Below the pieces are notes generated by a model. The model worked only from the letters and a program-made list of their open reading frames with translations. It ran no database searches and was not told where the DNA came from. A stretch of 64,000 bases of DNA from contig QGNN01000003.1 of assembly GCA_003228105.1 (NCBI GenBank), positions 258 to 64,257 of the forward strand. The letters run 5' to 3'. Shown in pieces: positions 49,342-58,328 of the stretch (position 1 is its first letter; every line of letters begins with the position of its first letter). Source of the DNA: Chloroflexota bacterium (GTDB taxonomy: Bacteria; Chloroflexota; Dehalococcoidia; Lucifugimonadales; UBA826). Position numbers and translations under genes: made by a program.

Positions 49342-49548
49342 TTTGAAAGGGTATTCCTTGTGAAGTTTTTTTGGTTTTGGCTAAGATTCTTAAAGTCATG
49401 CAATAAATTGCAAGAATAAACTGCTAGAAATTGTTTTCAAACTACTTGATATATAGGTCACATCCCAATGTAGAATAAAGGATCCCTGTGGATTTCGTGG
49501 CTCTTTGCAACGGCAACCACAATATTTAGGCTAAGTTTCAAGGAATCT

Positions 49549-51234
49549 ATGCAGCACATCCTTAGAATAATAAAAATTGCTCTGAGGTACAAATACAGAT
49601 TAGCTTTCGCTTACCTATCTACGATAGGAGCCATAGCAGCTTACATTTTTCTCCCTAAACTATTCGGACAGGCAATTGACTCTGTCGCAGAGCCTATCTT
49701 AGCCGGTGGCAAAGTGGAAACAGAAATCCTTTACCCATGCATATTAATTATTTTGGGATTAAGTGTTATTCGTGGAGGTATGTCGTATTTCCAAACATAT
49801 TTGGCAGAGACATTGTCTCAATATGTTTCCTACGACCTAAGGAATTCTTTTTATGATCATGTTCAGCATCAGAGTTTTGCTTTTCATGATAGGCATCACA
49901 CCGGTAATCTGATGTCTAGAGCCATAACAGATGTGGAAAATATACGTATGTTTATAAATATGGGACTTGTCAGGGCCCCATATTTCATAGCTCTTTTCTT
50001 AATAGTAGCTGCGATCTTGATTTCTATGAATTGGAAATTAGGACTCTTGAGCGCTAGTTTTATGCCTATTGTTGCTATTTATACTAGCTCAGTCCGACTT
50101 AAGATGAGGGCATTATGGCTTTTAGTACAACAAAAAATGGCAGAGCTAAGTATTATTCTGCAGGAAAATTTTTCAGGTCAACGTGTAGTCAAAGCGTTTG
50201 CGTCGGAGCACCATGAAGAGGATAAATTTGAAGTAAAAAATTCCGAAGTCTCCAATATTTATGTGGAAGCAGAGAAGTTACGGGCCTCCAGCATGTCTTT
50301 CATGTTGTTTACTTTTATGGTGGCCATGGCCTTGATAATTTGGTACGGGGGGCGACAAGTTATGAATGGGACTATGACGCCTGGTGAATTAGCGGCCTTT
50401 GTTTTTTATCTCCAAATACTGGCCTTGCCGGTTAGGATGGCAGGATGGGTGGTGAATGCGTACGCTAGAGCCGCCTCAGCAGGGGAACGAATGTTCGAGA
50501 TACTTGATGCACCATCTCCTGTCGAAGAAAGATCAAATGCAGTTGAACTTGAAAACCCTCAAGGGCACGTTAAATTTGAGAATGTGTCTTTTGCCTATGA
50601 TGGAGGCAAACCTGTTCTTAGGAATATAAATTTAGAGGCAAAGCCGGGTGAAATAGTCGCATTGGTTGGCCCCCCTGGGAGTGGTAAATCGACTATTGCA
50701 AACCTTCTTCCAAGGTTTTATGACGTTTCTGCGGGGGTAATAAAAGTGGATGGGATAGATTTAAGAGAGTTCACTTTGCAATCTTTAAGAAAAAATATAG
50801 GAATGGTCCAACAGGAGGTCTTCTTATTCACTACCACCTTAAAGGAAAATATTAAATATGGTAAAGAGAATGCTAGCGATGAGCAGATGGAAAACGCCTC
50901 TTCGATCGCTCAATTGTCAGATTTTATTGAGGGTCTTGAAGAGGGCTATGATACTTACGTTGGGGAAAGGGGATCCACTTTATCAGGAGGCCAACGTCAG
51001 CGAATGTCGATAGCTCGAGCGATTCTGCTAGACCCTCCAATATTAATATTGGATGATTCAACCTCCAGTGTGGATGCAAACACTGAAGATAAGATAAAGG
51101 CAGCGATGGATAATTCGATGGAGGGAAGAACGACATTCATCATCGCGAATAGGCTTAGCACTGTACATAGAGCGGATAAGATAGTGGTTTTGAAGGATGG
51201 AAGGATCATCGAAGAAGGTTCTCATGACGAGTAG
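49549..51234 (+). CDS. ABC exporter half-transporter (TMD-NBD) with a degenerate ATP site; C-terminus cut by in-frame TAG
   Basis: Six TM segments plus NBD: Walker A GPPGSGKST, LSGGQRQR, Walker B ILDDS (Asp instead of the catalytic Glu), H-loop IANRLS (Asn instead of His). The reading frame continues for 27 codons past TAG to 51318. Confidence 0.85.
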   Translation: MQHILRIIKIALRYKYRLAFAYLSTIGAIAAYIFLPKLFGQAIDSVAEPILAGGKVETEILYPCILIILGLSVIRGGMSYFQTYLAETLSQYVSYDLRNSFYDHVQHQSFAFHDRHHTGNLMSRAITDVENIRMFINMGLVRAPYFIALFLIVAAILISMNWKLGLLSASFMPIVAIYTSSVRLKMRALWLLVQQKMAELSIILQENFSGQRVVKAFASEHHEEDKFEVKNSEVSNIYVEAEKLRASSMSFMLFTFMVAMALIIWYGGRQVMNGTMTPGELAAFVFYLQILALPVRMAGWVVNAYARAASAGERMFEILDAPSPVEERSNAVELENPQGHVKFENVSFAYDGGKPVLRNINLEAKPGEIVALVGPPGSGKSTIANLLPRFYDVSAGVIKVDGIDLREFTLQSLRKNIGMVQQEVFLFTTTLKENIKYGKENASDEQMENASSIAQLSDFIEGLEEGYDTYVGERGSTLSGGQRQRMSIARAILLDPPILILDDSTSSVDANTEDKIKAAMDNSMEGRTTFIIANRLSTVHRADKIVVLKDGRIIEEGSHDE

Positions 51235-51314
51235 CTAGAGAAAGGCGGCATTTATAATGAAATTTACGAACTGCAACTTCGCCCTCAGGATGAATTAAGC
51301 TCTGAGGTGAGTAA

Positions 51315-53219
51315 ATGAATCTCGGTTTAGGCGGTATGTCTGCCTCTAGAGGCCAGGCAGACGAGGAATTTTTCGGATCCGCATATGATCAAAAGGTTAT
51401 TCTGAGGTTACTTCCTTATATCAAACCCTTTATGCCTTTGGTAATCGCCTCATTCGTTTCGATGCTGATTTATACCTTTACTTTGGTAGCCGTTCCTTGG
51501 CTCATACAATGGGGGATTGATAACCCCATTAGGGATGGCCTGCAAACCGCAACCGACTATAAAGCAAGTGCAAGCCAAGCAGGAGAGGAGACTAATCTAA
51601 CACAACTCAAAGAACTCCTTTCTCCTCATATAAAGATTCTAAATATTCTTTTCGTTGTTTTTATAATTAATGCATTTACCAATTGGGGCACTAATTACCT
51701 TCAACAATATGCAATGCAAAGAGTGGGACAAGGTGTTCTTTATAGGTTGAGAAGAGCATTGTTTGGTCATGTGCAAAAGCAATCCCTATCCTATTTTGAC
51801 AAGACAGAAGTGGGAAGATTGATGTCCCGTGTACAAGGAGATGTTGGTCAATTGCAGGAGTTTGCAGCTTTAGTAGTAATGAGCCTAGGTGAATTACTGA
51901 GCCTTGTAGGGATTGTGATTGCCCTTTTGGTGATGGACCTGGAATTAGGCCTTATTACGATGGCGGTGTTGCCTGTTTTAATGACCATTATGGTCATTTG
52001 GCAAAAATATGCTAAAAGATCCTTTAGTGAAATTAGAACACGAATCGCGATAGTAAACGCCGCGTTCAACGAAAATATTTCAGGAGTCAGAGTAGTTCAA
52101 AGCCTTAATAGACAACAAAGAAACCTTGAAATATTCGATGAAAAAAACATAGCTCACAGATGGTCCAACGTAATCGCAGGCAGATATGCTGCAGGCCTTC
52201 TACCGGCGGTTGATATTCTTACTGCCGTCGCAATTGGGCTTGCCTTGTATTTCGGTTCCAAACTGGTTGGGTTGGAAGAAGGTCAGTTACTTCCAGGAGT
52301 GTTAGTCGCCTTTGTTATGTATGTACAAAGGTTTTTTGATCCCATTCGTAATTTGACTCAACAATATACCCAGCTGCAAAGATCCATGGCTTCGGGAGCG
52401 AGAATTTTTGACTTGATGGATAGAGAGCCGGAATTAATAGACATAGAAGATGCTATTGATATGCCCGAAATAAAGGGAAATATTGAATTCAAAAATGTCA
52501 GATTTAAATATGTGGAAGGTGAAGATGTACTAAAAGGGATAAATTTGACAATGAATGCTGGTGAAACTGTTGCTGTCGTGGGACCAACCGGTGCAGGGAA
52601 GACTAGTATTGTGTCTATTTTGTCCCGATTCTACCCAGTTAAGCGGGAAGAAGGTGCTATATTGATCGATGGTATCGATATTAGAGACGTCAAAAGAGCT
52701 TCAGTGGTGAGCCAGATGAGTATGGTTTTACAAGAACCATACCTTTTTTCCGGTACGGTGATGGAGAATATTAAATATAACCACGTGCATGTGACTGATG
52801 CAAAAGCCATCTCTTCGGCAAAAGTAGTCGGTGCACACGAATTTATTATGCAGCTTGAGGGCGGATATGACACTTTTCTGTCAGAAAGAGGGGCCAACAT
52901 CAGTTTAGGCCAGCGCCAATTGATAAGTTTTGCGAGAGCCATCGTTGATGATCCCAAAATACTTATCCTGGATGAGGCTACTGCAAGTATTGATAGCCAT
53001 ACTGAATTAGTTATTCAGACTGCCTTGAGGAAGCTATTAGAAGGACGTACCGCTATCGTTATAGCTCATCGATTGTCCACGATACGAGGAGCGGATAAAA
53101 TAGTGGTGTTAGAGTCAGGTGAGGTGGCGGAGGAGGGAAATCACCAAGAATTAATGGATAAAGACGGTCTCTACGCTCATCTCTATAATATGAATTTTCA
53201 GTCGATTGAGGATTTGTAA
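51315..53219 (+). CDS. ABC exporter half-transporter (TMD-NBD), consensus-site partner
   Basis: Walker A GPTGAGKTS, Walker B ILDEAT, H-loop IAHRLS, and a non-canonical signature ISLGQRQ. The ATG overlaps the extended upstream frame as ATGA. Confidence 0.9.
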   Translation: MNLGLGGMSASRGQADEEFFGSAYDQKVILRLLPYIKPFMPLVIASFVSMLIYTFTLVAVPWLIQWGIDNPIRDGLQTATDYKASASQAGEETNLTQLKELLSPHIKILNILFVVFIINAFTNWGTNYLQQYAMQRVGQGVLYRLRRALFGHVQKQSLSYFDKTEVGRLMSRVQGDVGQLQEFAALVVMSLGELLSLVGIVIALLVMDLELGLITMAVLPVLMTIMVIWQKYAKRSFSEIRTRIAIVNAAFNENISGVRVVQSLNRQQRNLEIFDEKNIAHRWSNVIAGRYAAGLLPAVDILTAVAIGLALYFGSKLVGLEEGQLLPGVLVAFVMYVQRFFDPIRNLTQQYTQLQRSMASGARIFDLMDREPELIDIEDAIDMPEIKGNIEFKNVRFKYVEGEDVLKGINLTMNAGETVAVVGPTGAGKTSIVSILSRFYPVKREEGAILIDGIDIRDVKRASVVSQMSMVLQEPYLFSGTVMENIKYNHVHVTDAKAISSAKVVGAHEFIMQLEGGYDTFLSERGANISLGQRQLISFARAIVDDPKILILDEATASIDSHTELVIQTALRKLLEGRTAIVIAHRLSTIRGADKIVVLESGEVAEEGNHQELMDKDGLYAHLYNMNFQSIEDL

Positions 53220-53247
53220 TAAGGTAAAAGCTTCTTAAGAAACACTT

Positions 53248-53672
53248 GTGTCTAACCCGATTTGGAGTTTAATGCTTGTAAGCGTAGAAGAATTTATACT
53301 TTCCTTACGGGTGGCTAGGTTATCTACTGTGACCCCTTCCGGGGTTTCTCATTCAGTACCTATCTGCTTTGCTTTGTCCGGTAACGACACGATCTATTCT
53401 CCAATTGATGCAAAGCCAAAAAAAATATAGACAAACCTCTTGAAAGAGTTAACGACATAACAAATAACGATGGAGTTGTTGCTTTATTTGACAGATATTC
53501 AGAAAATTGGAATGAGTTGGCATATGTGATGGCTAAAGGTAATGCCAAAATTGTGCATGATGAACAGGAAAGCCTACTGGCTGTGAAATTACTTGAAGAG
53601 CGATAGTTACAATATCGGCATCAAAATTATCTTCCTAAAGGGGCAACGATTATTGGTATCGAAAGTATATGA
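53248..53672 (+). pseudogene. PPOX-class (probable F420-dependent) oxidoreductase, disrupted
   Basis: Family-like sequence (ARLSTV..VPICFAL..IDAKPKK / NIDKPLERVNDI..ALFDRYSENWNELAYVMAKG.. / LQYRHQ..GATIIGIES) is spread over two frames. There is a frame change in the A8 run at 53418..53425, an in-frame TAG at 53604..53606, and a possible further shift near 53668. Confidence 0.7.
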
Positions 53673-53828
53673 TTATATCTCCTGGGGGACTTCTCAATAA
53701 ATTTATTGTAGGGTTTATTTTTATTAAAATGCCCGTATGGTATCTATTTTTCTTATAGCGGACATATAATCACTTCAATTTGAAAGTGTTTTTGAATTTA
53801 CGAAAAAGAAATATTAAAATAATAGTTT

Positions 53829-54197
53829 ATGAGAATTTATTTTTGTCCCGAATGTGGCGGTTACTCATTGGGGCCGGCAACATCATGTGATGAATGCCAA
53901 ACAGACCTACCGGAAGATTCTTGGGCAGAGATAACTGAGGAAGAACTTCAACAGCTGCAGTACGTAGAGGATTTTGATCTTCCGCATGGTATTCCGACTT
54001 GGGAGTATGACGCGGTAAAGCTGAAAACCGACACAGAAGAAGGCGGACTACGCTACACAACAGGTCTTCTAAAGCGCATGGGAGACAAGGGCTGGGAATT
54101 GGTGAACATCACTCCGCTAGGTGACAAGGATGGCCCTCGATACGGTATTTTTAAAAGGATATGGGAGGAAGGCCACGGTGACGAAGATGATTCATAG
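53829..54197 (+). CDS. zinc-ribbon / DUF4177-like small protein
   Basis: N-terminal CPECG...CDEC zinc ribbon. The C-terminal WEYDAVKL...GDKGWELVNI...YGIFKR region resembles DUF4177. Acidic tail. Confidence 0.5.
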   Translation: MRIYFCPECGGYSLGPATSCDECQTDLPEDSWAEITEEELQQLQYVEDFDLPHGIPTWEYDAVKLKTDTEEGGLRYTTGLLKRMGDKGWELVNITPLGDKDGPRYGIFKRIWEEGHGDEDDS

Positions 54198-54692
54198 GTT
54201 GTGTAGATAGGTTTTATAGGCCGACATTATTTCTTGATCATAAGGGAATGGGAGTTCAGGTATTTTGCCTAATTCGAACCATTTTATCTCGCTTACCTCT
54301 TCAGCGGCTTTGGCTGTACCTGATTTGTGAGTTGCCACATATACATGCACTATCACTGGTCCCTTTCCTGAAAATACCCCTAGATAGCGATGTGGGCTGG
54401 CACAGATTGTGGTTTCTTCGAAGACTTCTCTAACTAATGCATTTTCGATAGATTCACCGCGATCTACATAGCCTGATGGCAGACTCCATTTTCCTAAATG
54501 AGGTTCTATGGCTCGTCTTATTAGCAATATTGTGTTGTTTGATGGAACTATCGCCACTACTGCGACCTTAGGATCTACATATTTGAAAACATTACAGGCC
54601 TCACAGAATGATCTCATCTTGCTGCGATCGTATTTTCTCACCAAATGTGTACCGCAAAATTGGCAGTATTTATTTTGTTCAATCATATTCAC
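54192..54692 (-). CDS. NUDIX hydrolase with N-terminal zinc ribbon
   Basis: CQFCG...CEAC ribbon and NUDIX box GYVDRGESIENALVREVFEETT. Confidence 0.85.
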   Translation of the reverse strand: MNMIEQNKYCQFCGTHLVRKYDRSKMRSFCEACNVFKYVDPKVAVVAIVPSNNTILLIRRAIEPHLGKWSLPSGYVDRGESIENALVREVFEETTICASPHRYLGVFSGKGPVIVHVYVATHKSGTAKAAEEVSEIKWFELGKIPELPFPYDQEIMSAYKTYLHNL

Positions 54693-54805
54693 TGAAAAAT
54701 GCTCACATTTTTAAAATATGAGCCAATATTTAGTACTCTGTATAATTTCAAAGTATAAGACCTGGAATTTTACTGTAAAGAACCAAGAGTGAAGTCGAAA
54801 GATTT

Positions 54806-56023
54806 ATGAATATAGAAAATCTTTTAGAAAAAACACTTACGAAACCTCAGTACGAAGCGATAAAAATACTGGGAGGCCAGTTTCATAAAAAGGGAACACG
54901 TGCTTTCTTGGTTGGGGGAACCATAAGGGATTTGCTTCTAGAAAGGGAAGTCTCAGATATCGACATTATTGTGGAGGCAGATCCTTGGAACCTAATACAT
55001 AAATTTGATCCAAAATATCCATTAGATATGATTTCTAACTCTCAGTTCAACACCTGTAAGATAAAAATTTTAGACCAAGCAGTGGATCTTGCGATGGCTA
55101 GGAAAGAGATATATCCGGCCTCGGGTGCGTTACCTGTAGTAACTTCAGCCTCAATTGAAGATGATTTGGGGAGAAGAGATTTTTCAATAAATGCTTTGGC
55201 AGCTTGCATTAACCCTCCAAATTGGGGGGAAGTACTTGATTTGTATAGGGGGTTAGAAGACTTACAATTAAAACATGTGAGAATCTTGCACGCCGGATCT
55301 TTTAAAGATGACCCAACACGTATATTTAGGTGTATACGGTATTCCGGGAGGCTGGGATTTTCTGTTGAAGGTGATACGAAAACCCAATTACTGAACGATT
55401 CAACATATCTTGCTCAGCTAAGTGGAGTACGTATAACCAACGAACTAGCAAAGGTTTTTTCTGAAAAGAACGCAAACTCTATTTTTGATCTAATGGATCA
55501 ATTTAAAGTTTTGGGGCATATTCACTCTGGATTTCCGAAAGAACCAGAGTTTTCCGAGAGGAAAAGCCTTTTGGAAAATATCAGAATTCCTACCCCCGAA
55601 TTTGTTTTCTACGTACTGATTTCATTAATTGAACCCAATCAAAGGTTGGATTTAATTAAAAGACTTGATTTAGGAAATAAATTGTCAAAATTCGGGACAG
55701 ATTTAAACCGCATCGAACGTCTCGAAGTAAATTCCTCGCGCAGCGAGATTTTCAAACAACTCACAGAGGTCTCCGAAATTGCAATATCAGTGGCTGAATC
55801 ATATGCTCCGAGAGAGCTTAGGAGCAGTTTAGAACTATTTGTAAATGAACTAAAAACTATTAGTTTGTGTATCGGCGGCGAAGACCTTATGGCTATTGGT
55901 ATACCTCAGGGCCCTAAGATCGGGGATATCTTGTCCAAAATTCTTACGTATATGATTGATTCTGGGCCTCAGACCAAGTCCGGTCAGATTCGTATGGCTA
56001 AGAAGTTTTTCAGCGATTCCTAA
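54806..56023 (+). CDS. tRNA nucleotidyltransferase / poly(A) polymerase family protein (class II, no HD domain)
   Basis: Head-domain motifs FLVGGTIRDLLL..SDIDI, RRDFSINALA and DDPTRIFR. Confidence 0.8.
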   Translation: MNIENLLEKTLTKPQYEAIKILGGQFHKKGTRAFLVGGTIRDLLLEREVSDIDIIVEADPWNLIHKFDPKYPLDMISNSQFNTCKIKILDQAVDLAMARKEIYPASGALPVVTSASIEDDLGRRDFSINALAACINPPNWGEVLDLYRGLEDLQLKHVRILHAGSFKDDPTRIFRCIRYSGRLGFSVEGDTKTQLLNDSTYLAQLSGVRITNELAKVFSEKNANSIFDLMDQFKVLGHIHSGFPKEPEFSERKSLLENIRIPTPEFVFYVLISLIEPNQRLDLIKRLDLGNKLSKFGTDLNRIERLEVNSSRSEIFKQLTEVSEIAISVAESYAPRELRSSLELFVNELKTISLCIGGEDLMAIGIPQGPKIGDILSKILTYMIDSGPQTKSGQIRMAKKFFSDS

Positions 56024-57438
56024 CCCAAATATGTCCCTGAAACTCCTGGTTCTGTCATGGATTCCGGGTCAAGTATTTTTTTTAATTCTTGTTTACTCAA
56101 ATCTGTTTCAGCAAGAGCCACTTCGAAGATAGTCTGACCGGTTTGTTGGGCTTTATGTGCCAATGCTGCGGATTTATCATACCCAATATGTGGGACTAAA
56201 GTAGTCACTATCGCGAGACCTTTCTCAACCATCTCAGGGCCTTTTGAAGTTGAGCTAAGGCCGTCAATGCATTGGCTGGCTAAGTTTGACGACGCCGTTG
56301 CTAAGAGATCAATAGATTGTAAAAGATTATAGGCTGCCACAGGCATCATTACGTTGATTTCAAAGTTTCCTGATTGGCCAGCTATTGCGACGGTTGTGTC
56401 GTTTCCTATAACCTGCGCTGACACTTGGCACACTGACTCAGGTATGACAGGGTTCACTTTACCTGGCATTATAGAACTGCCCGGTTGTACTTCGGGAAGT
56501 TCAATTTCACCAAATCCTCCCCGAGGCCCAGATCCCATCCACCTCACGTCGTTGGCTATTTTCATCAAACTCACCGCGATTGTTTTCATCGCACCACTGG
56601 CTTCTACTATATTATCCAAAGTACTTTGAGCTTGAAAATGATTGGAGGTTTCTTTGATTTCTAGCCCAGCTGCTCTTGTTAATTTTTCACAAACTCTTTT
56701 AGCAAATTCTGGATGTGTGTTTACTCCTGTACCAACTGCCGTGCCCCCTAAGGCGACTTCACTGAGTTCTTGAACTGCATGTTCTGCTCGGCGAATTCCT
56801 CTATTTATTTGTCCTGCATGTCCGGAAAATTCTTGACCAAGACGAACAGGGGTCGCATCCTGTAGATGTGTTCTTCCCGTTTTAATAACCGGCATGAATT
56901 CTTGGGATTTGACATTGAGGGAGGTCGATAATTTTTTTAGAGAAGGAATTAAATCATTTGTTATAGCTTTGGCGGCAGCCAAGTGTATCGATGTTGGTAT
57001 GACATCGTTTGAAGACTGACCAGTATTTACGTGATCGTTAGGGTGAACGGGATCCCGAGAACCCAATTCACCGCCAAGTATTTCAATTGCCCTATTTGAA
57101 ATGACTTCATTGGCATTCATATTTGTGGAAGTTCCCGAACCAGTTTGAAAAATGTCTACGACAAATTGATCATCAAATTTGCCCTCCGAAACCTCTGTTG
57201 CAGATTTGATGATTGCGTCTCCCAATTGTGAATCTAACAATCCGAGTTCAATATTCGTTTCGGCAGCAGCTAGTTTGACCATCGCTATTGCTTCAATAAA
57301 AGACCGGGAGAAACGTAGATCGCTTATTGGAAAATTGAGCACTGCTCTCATTGTGTTAGCGCCATAATATGCTTCCGACGGGACCTGGAATTCTCCCATC
57401 GAGTCTCGTTCTTTTCTAAATGCTTGGTTCTCTGACAA
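56020..57438 (-). CDS. aspartate ammonia-lyase / class II fumarase family enzyme (AspA-like)
   Basis: GSSIMPGKVNPVIPE signature (the PV-PE context favours AspA over FumC) and the N-terminal YYGANTMRA..NF.IS block. Confidence 0.85.
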   Translation of the reverse strand: MSENQAFRKERDSMGEFQVPSEAYYGANTMRAVLNFPISDLRFSRSFIEAIAMVKLAAAETNIELGLLDSQLGDAIIKSATEVSEGKFDDQFVVDIFQTGSGTSTNMNANEVISNRAIEILGGELGSRDPVHPNDHVNTGQSSNDVIPTSIHLAAAKAITNDLIPSLKKLSTSLNVKSQEFMPVIKTGRTHLQDATPVRLGQEFSGHAGQINRGIRRAEHAVQELSEVALGGTAVGTGVNTHPEFAKRVCEKLTRAAGLEIKETSNHFQAQSTLDNIVEASGAMKTIAVSLMKIANDVRWMGSGPRGGFGEIELPEVQPGSSIMPGKVNPVIPESVCQVSAQVIGNDTTVAIAGQSGNFEINVMMPVAAYNLLQSIDLLATASSNLASQCIDGLSSTSKGPEMVEKGLAIVTTLVPHIGYDKSAALAHKAQQTGQTIFEVALAETDLSKQELKKILDPESMTEPGVSGTYLG

Positions 57439-57546
57439 TTTACTACTCCAAAGTTTACTGTTTGAAATTTCAGGAGGCTATTTCTTAATTTCTACAAGAT
57501 CATTAAGAAAATGACAATTCATAAACCTCTGCATACTTATATTAGC

Positions 57547-58191
57547 TTATAAAGTTTCCTTAATAAATTCGCAGCTCAACTTACCGACTAAATCACTGTG
57601 TTCCCTGAAAAAATGGTCGGCTCCAGTCACCACTTCTGTTCTCTTTGGTTCCGACATTCTGTTAGCTAAAAACTTAAACTGGCCAAGAGTAAAATCGTGA
57701 TCCCTGTCCCCAAGTATCAGCAATTTTGGTTGAGTTATTTGGACAGTACCATATTGGGCAAACTTATTTTGTGGGCATGCAATTGACACAAGAGATTTAA
57801 TTAAATTGGTCCTAAGGGCTGATTCTAATGCCATCCAGGCGCCAAAAGAATACCCAATAATTCCTAGACGGCTGCCATCTATCTTTGAGTTAGAACTTGT
57901 CAGATTAACTACCTCCTCTGTATCTATCAATTCATTGGCGCCATCGCCACTTTCTCCGCTACTCATTCCTACACCTCTTTGGTTAAACCGTAAGGTAGCT
58001 ATCCCACTACGCAATAAATAGCTGGAAATTTGGTTCAGTAAAGCATCGAACATATTACCCCCATATCGGGAATGTGGATGGCAGAGGATAACGCATGGAG
58101 GTCTTTTGACTTGGTCGGGGGTTTCCAAAAGAGCTTCAAGCTCTGAGGTTCCGGTTGATAAAATCGTTAATTGTTTGTTTGCATCAGTCAT
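57547..58191 (-). CDS. alpha/beta-fold hydrolase
   Basis: CHPHSRYGGNM oxyanion region and GYSFGA nucleophile elbow. 214 aa. Confidence 0.7.
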   Translation of the reverse strand: MTDANKQLTILSTGTSELEALLETPDQVKRPPCVILCHPHSRYGGNMFDALLNQISSYLLRSGIATLRFNQRGVGMSSGESGDGANELIDTEEVVNLTSSNSKIDGSRLGIIGYSFGAWMALESALRTNLIKSLVSIACPQNKFAQYGTVQITQPKLLILGDRDHDFTLGQFKFLANRMSEPKRTEVVTGADHFFREHSDLVGKLSCEFIKETL

Positions 58192-58328
58192 ATAGTTACC
58201 CCGGAAAATTGGTAAAAGTTCAAGAACGGCTCACAATTCAAAGTTAAGTATAGTAATTAAGAAAAGCCGTTGCTAGAATCAATAGGTAAAAGTAAAAGTC
58301 AGAATGAATTTAGCCTGGTGAAAATGTT

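Noticed and set aside
53416-53432. Programmed -1 ribosomal frameshift at the A-rich slippery run CCAAAAAAAAT in the PPOX-family gene
   Set aside because: The same gene has an additional in-frame TAG and probably another frame change near its 3' end. There is no obvious downstream stimulatory structure. A single-base deletion in a homopolymer (pseudogene or sequencing indel) is the simpler explanation.
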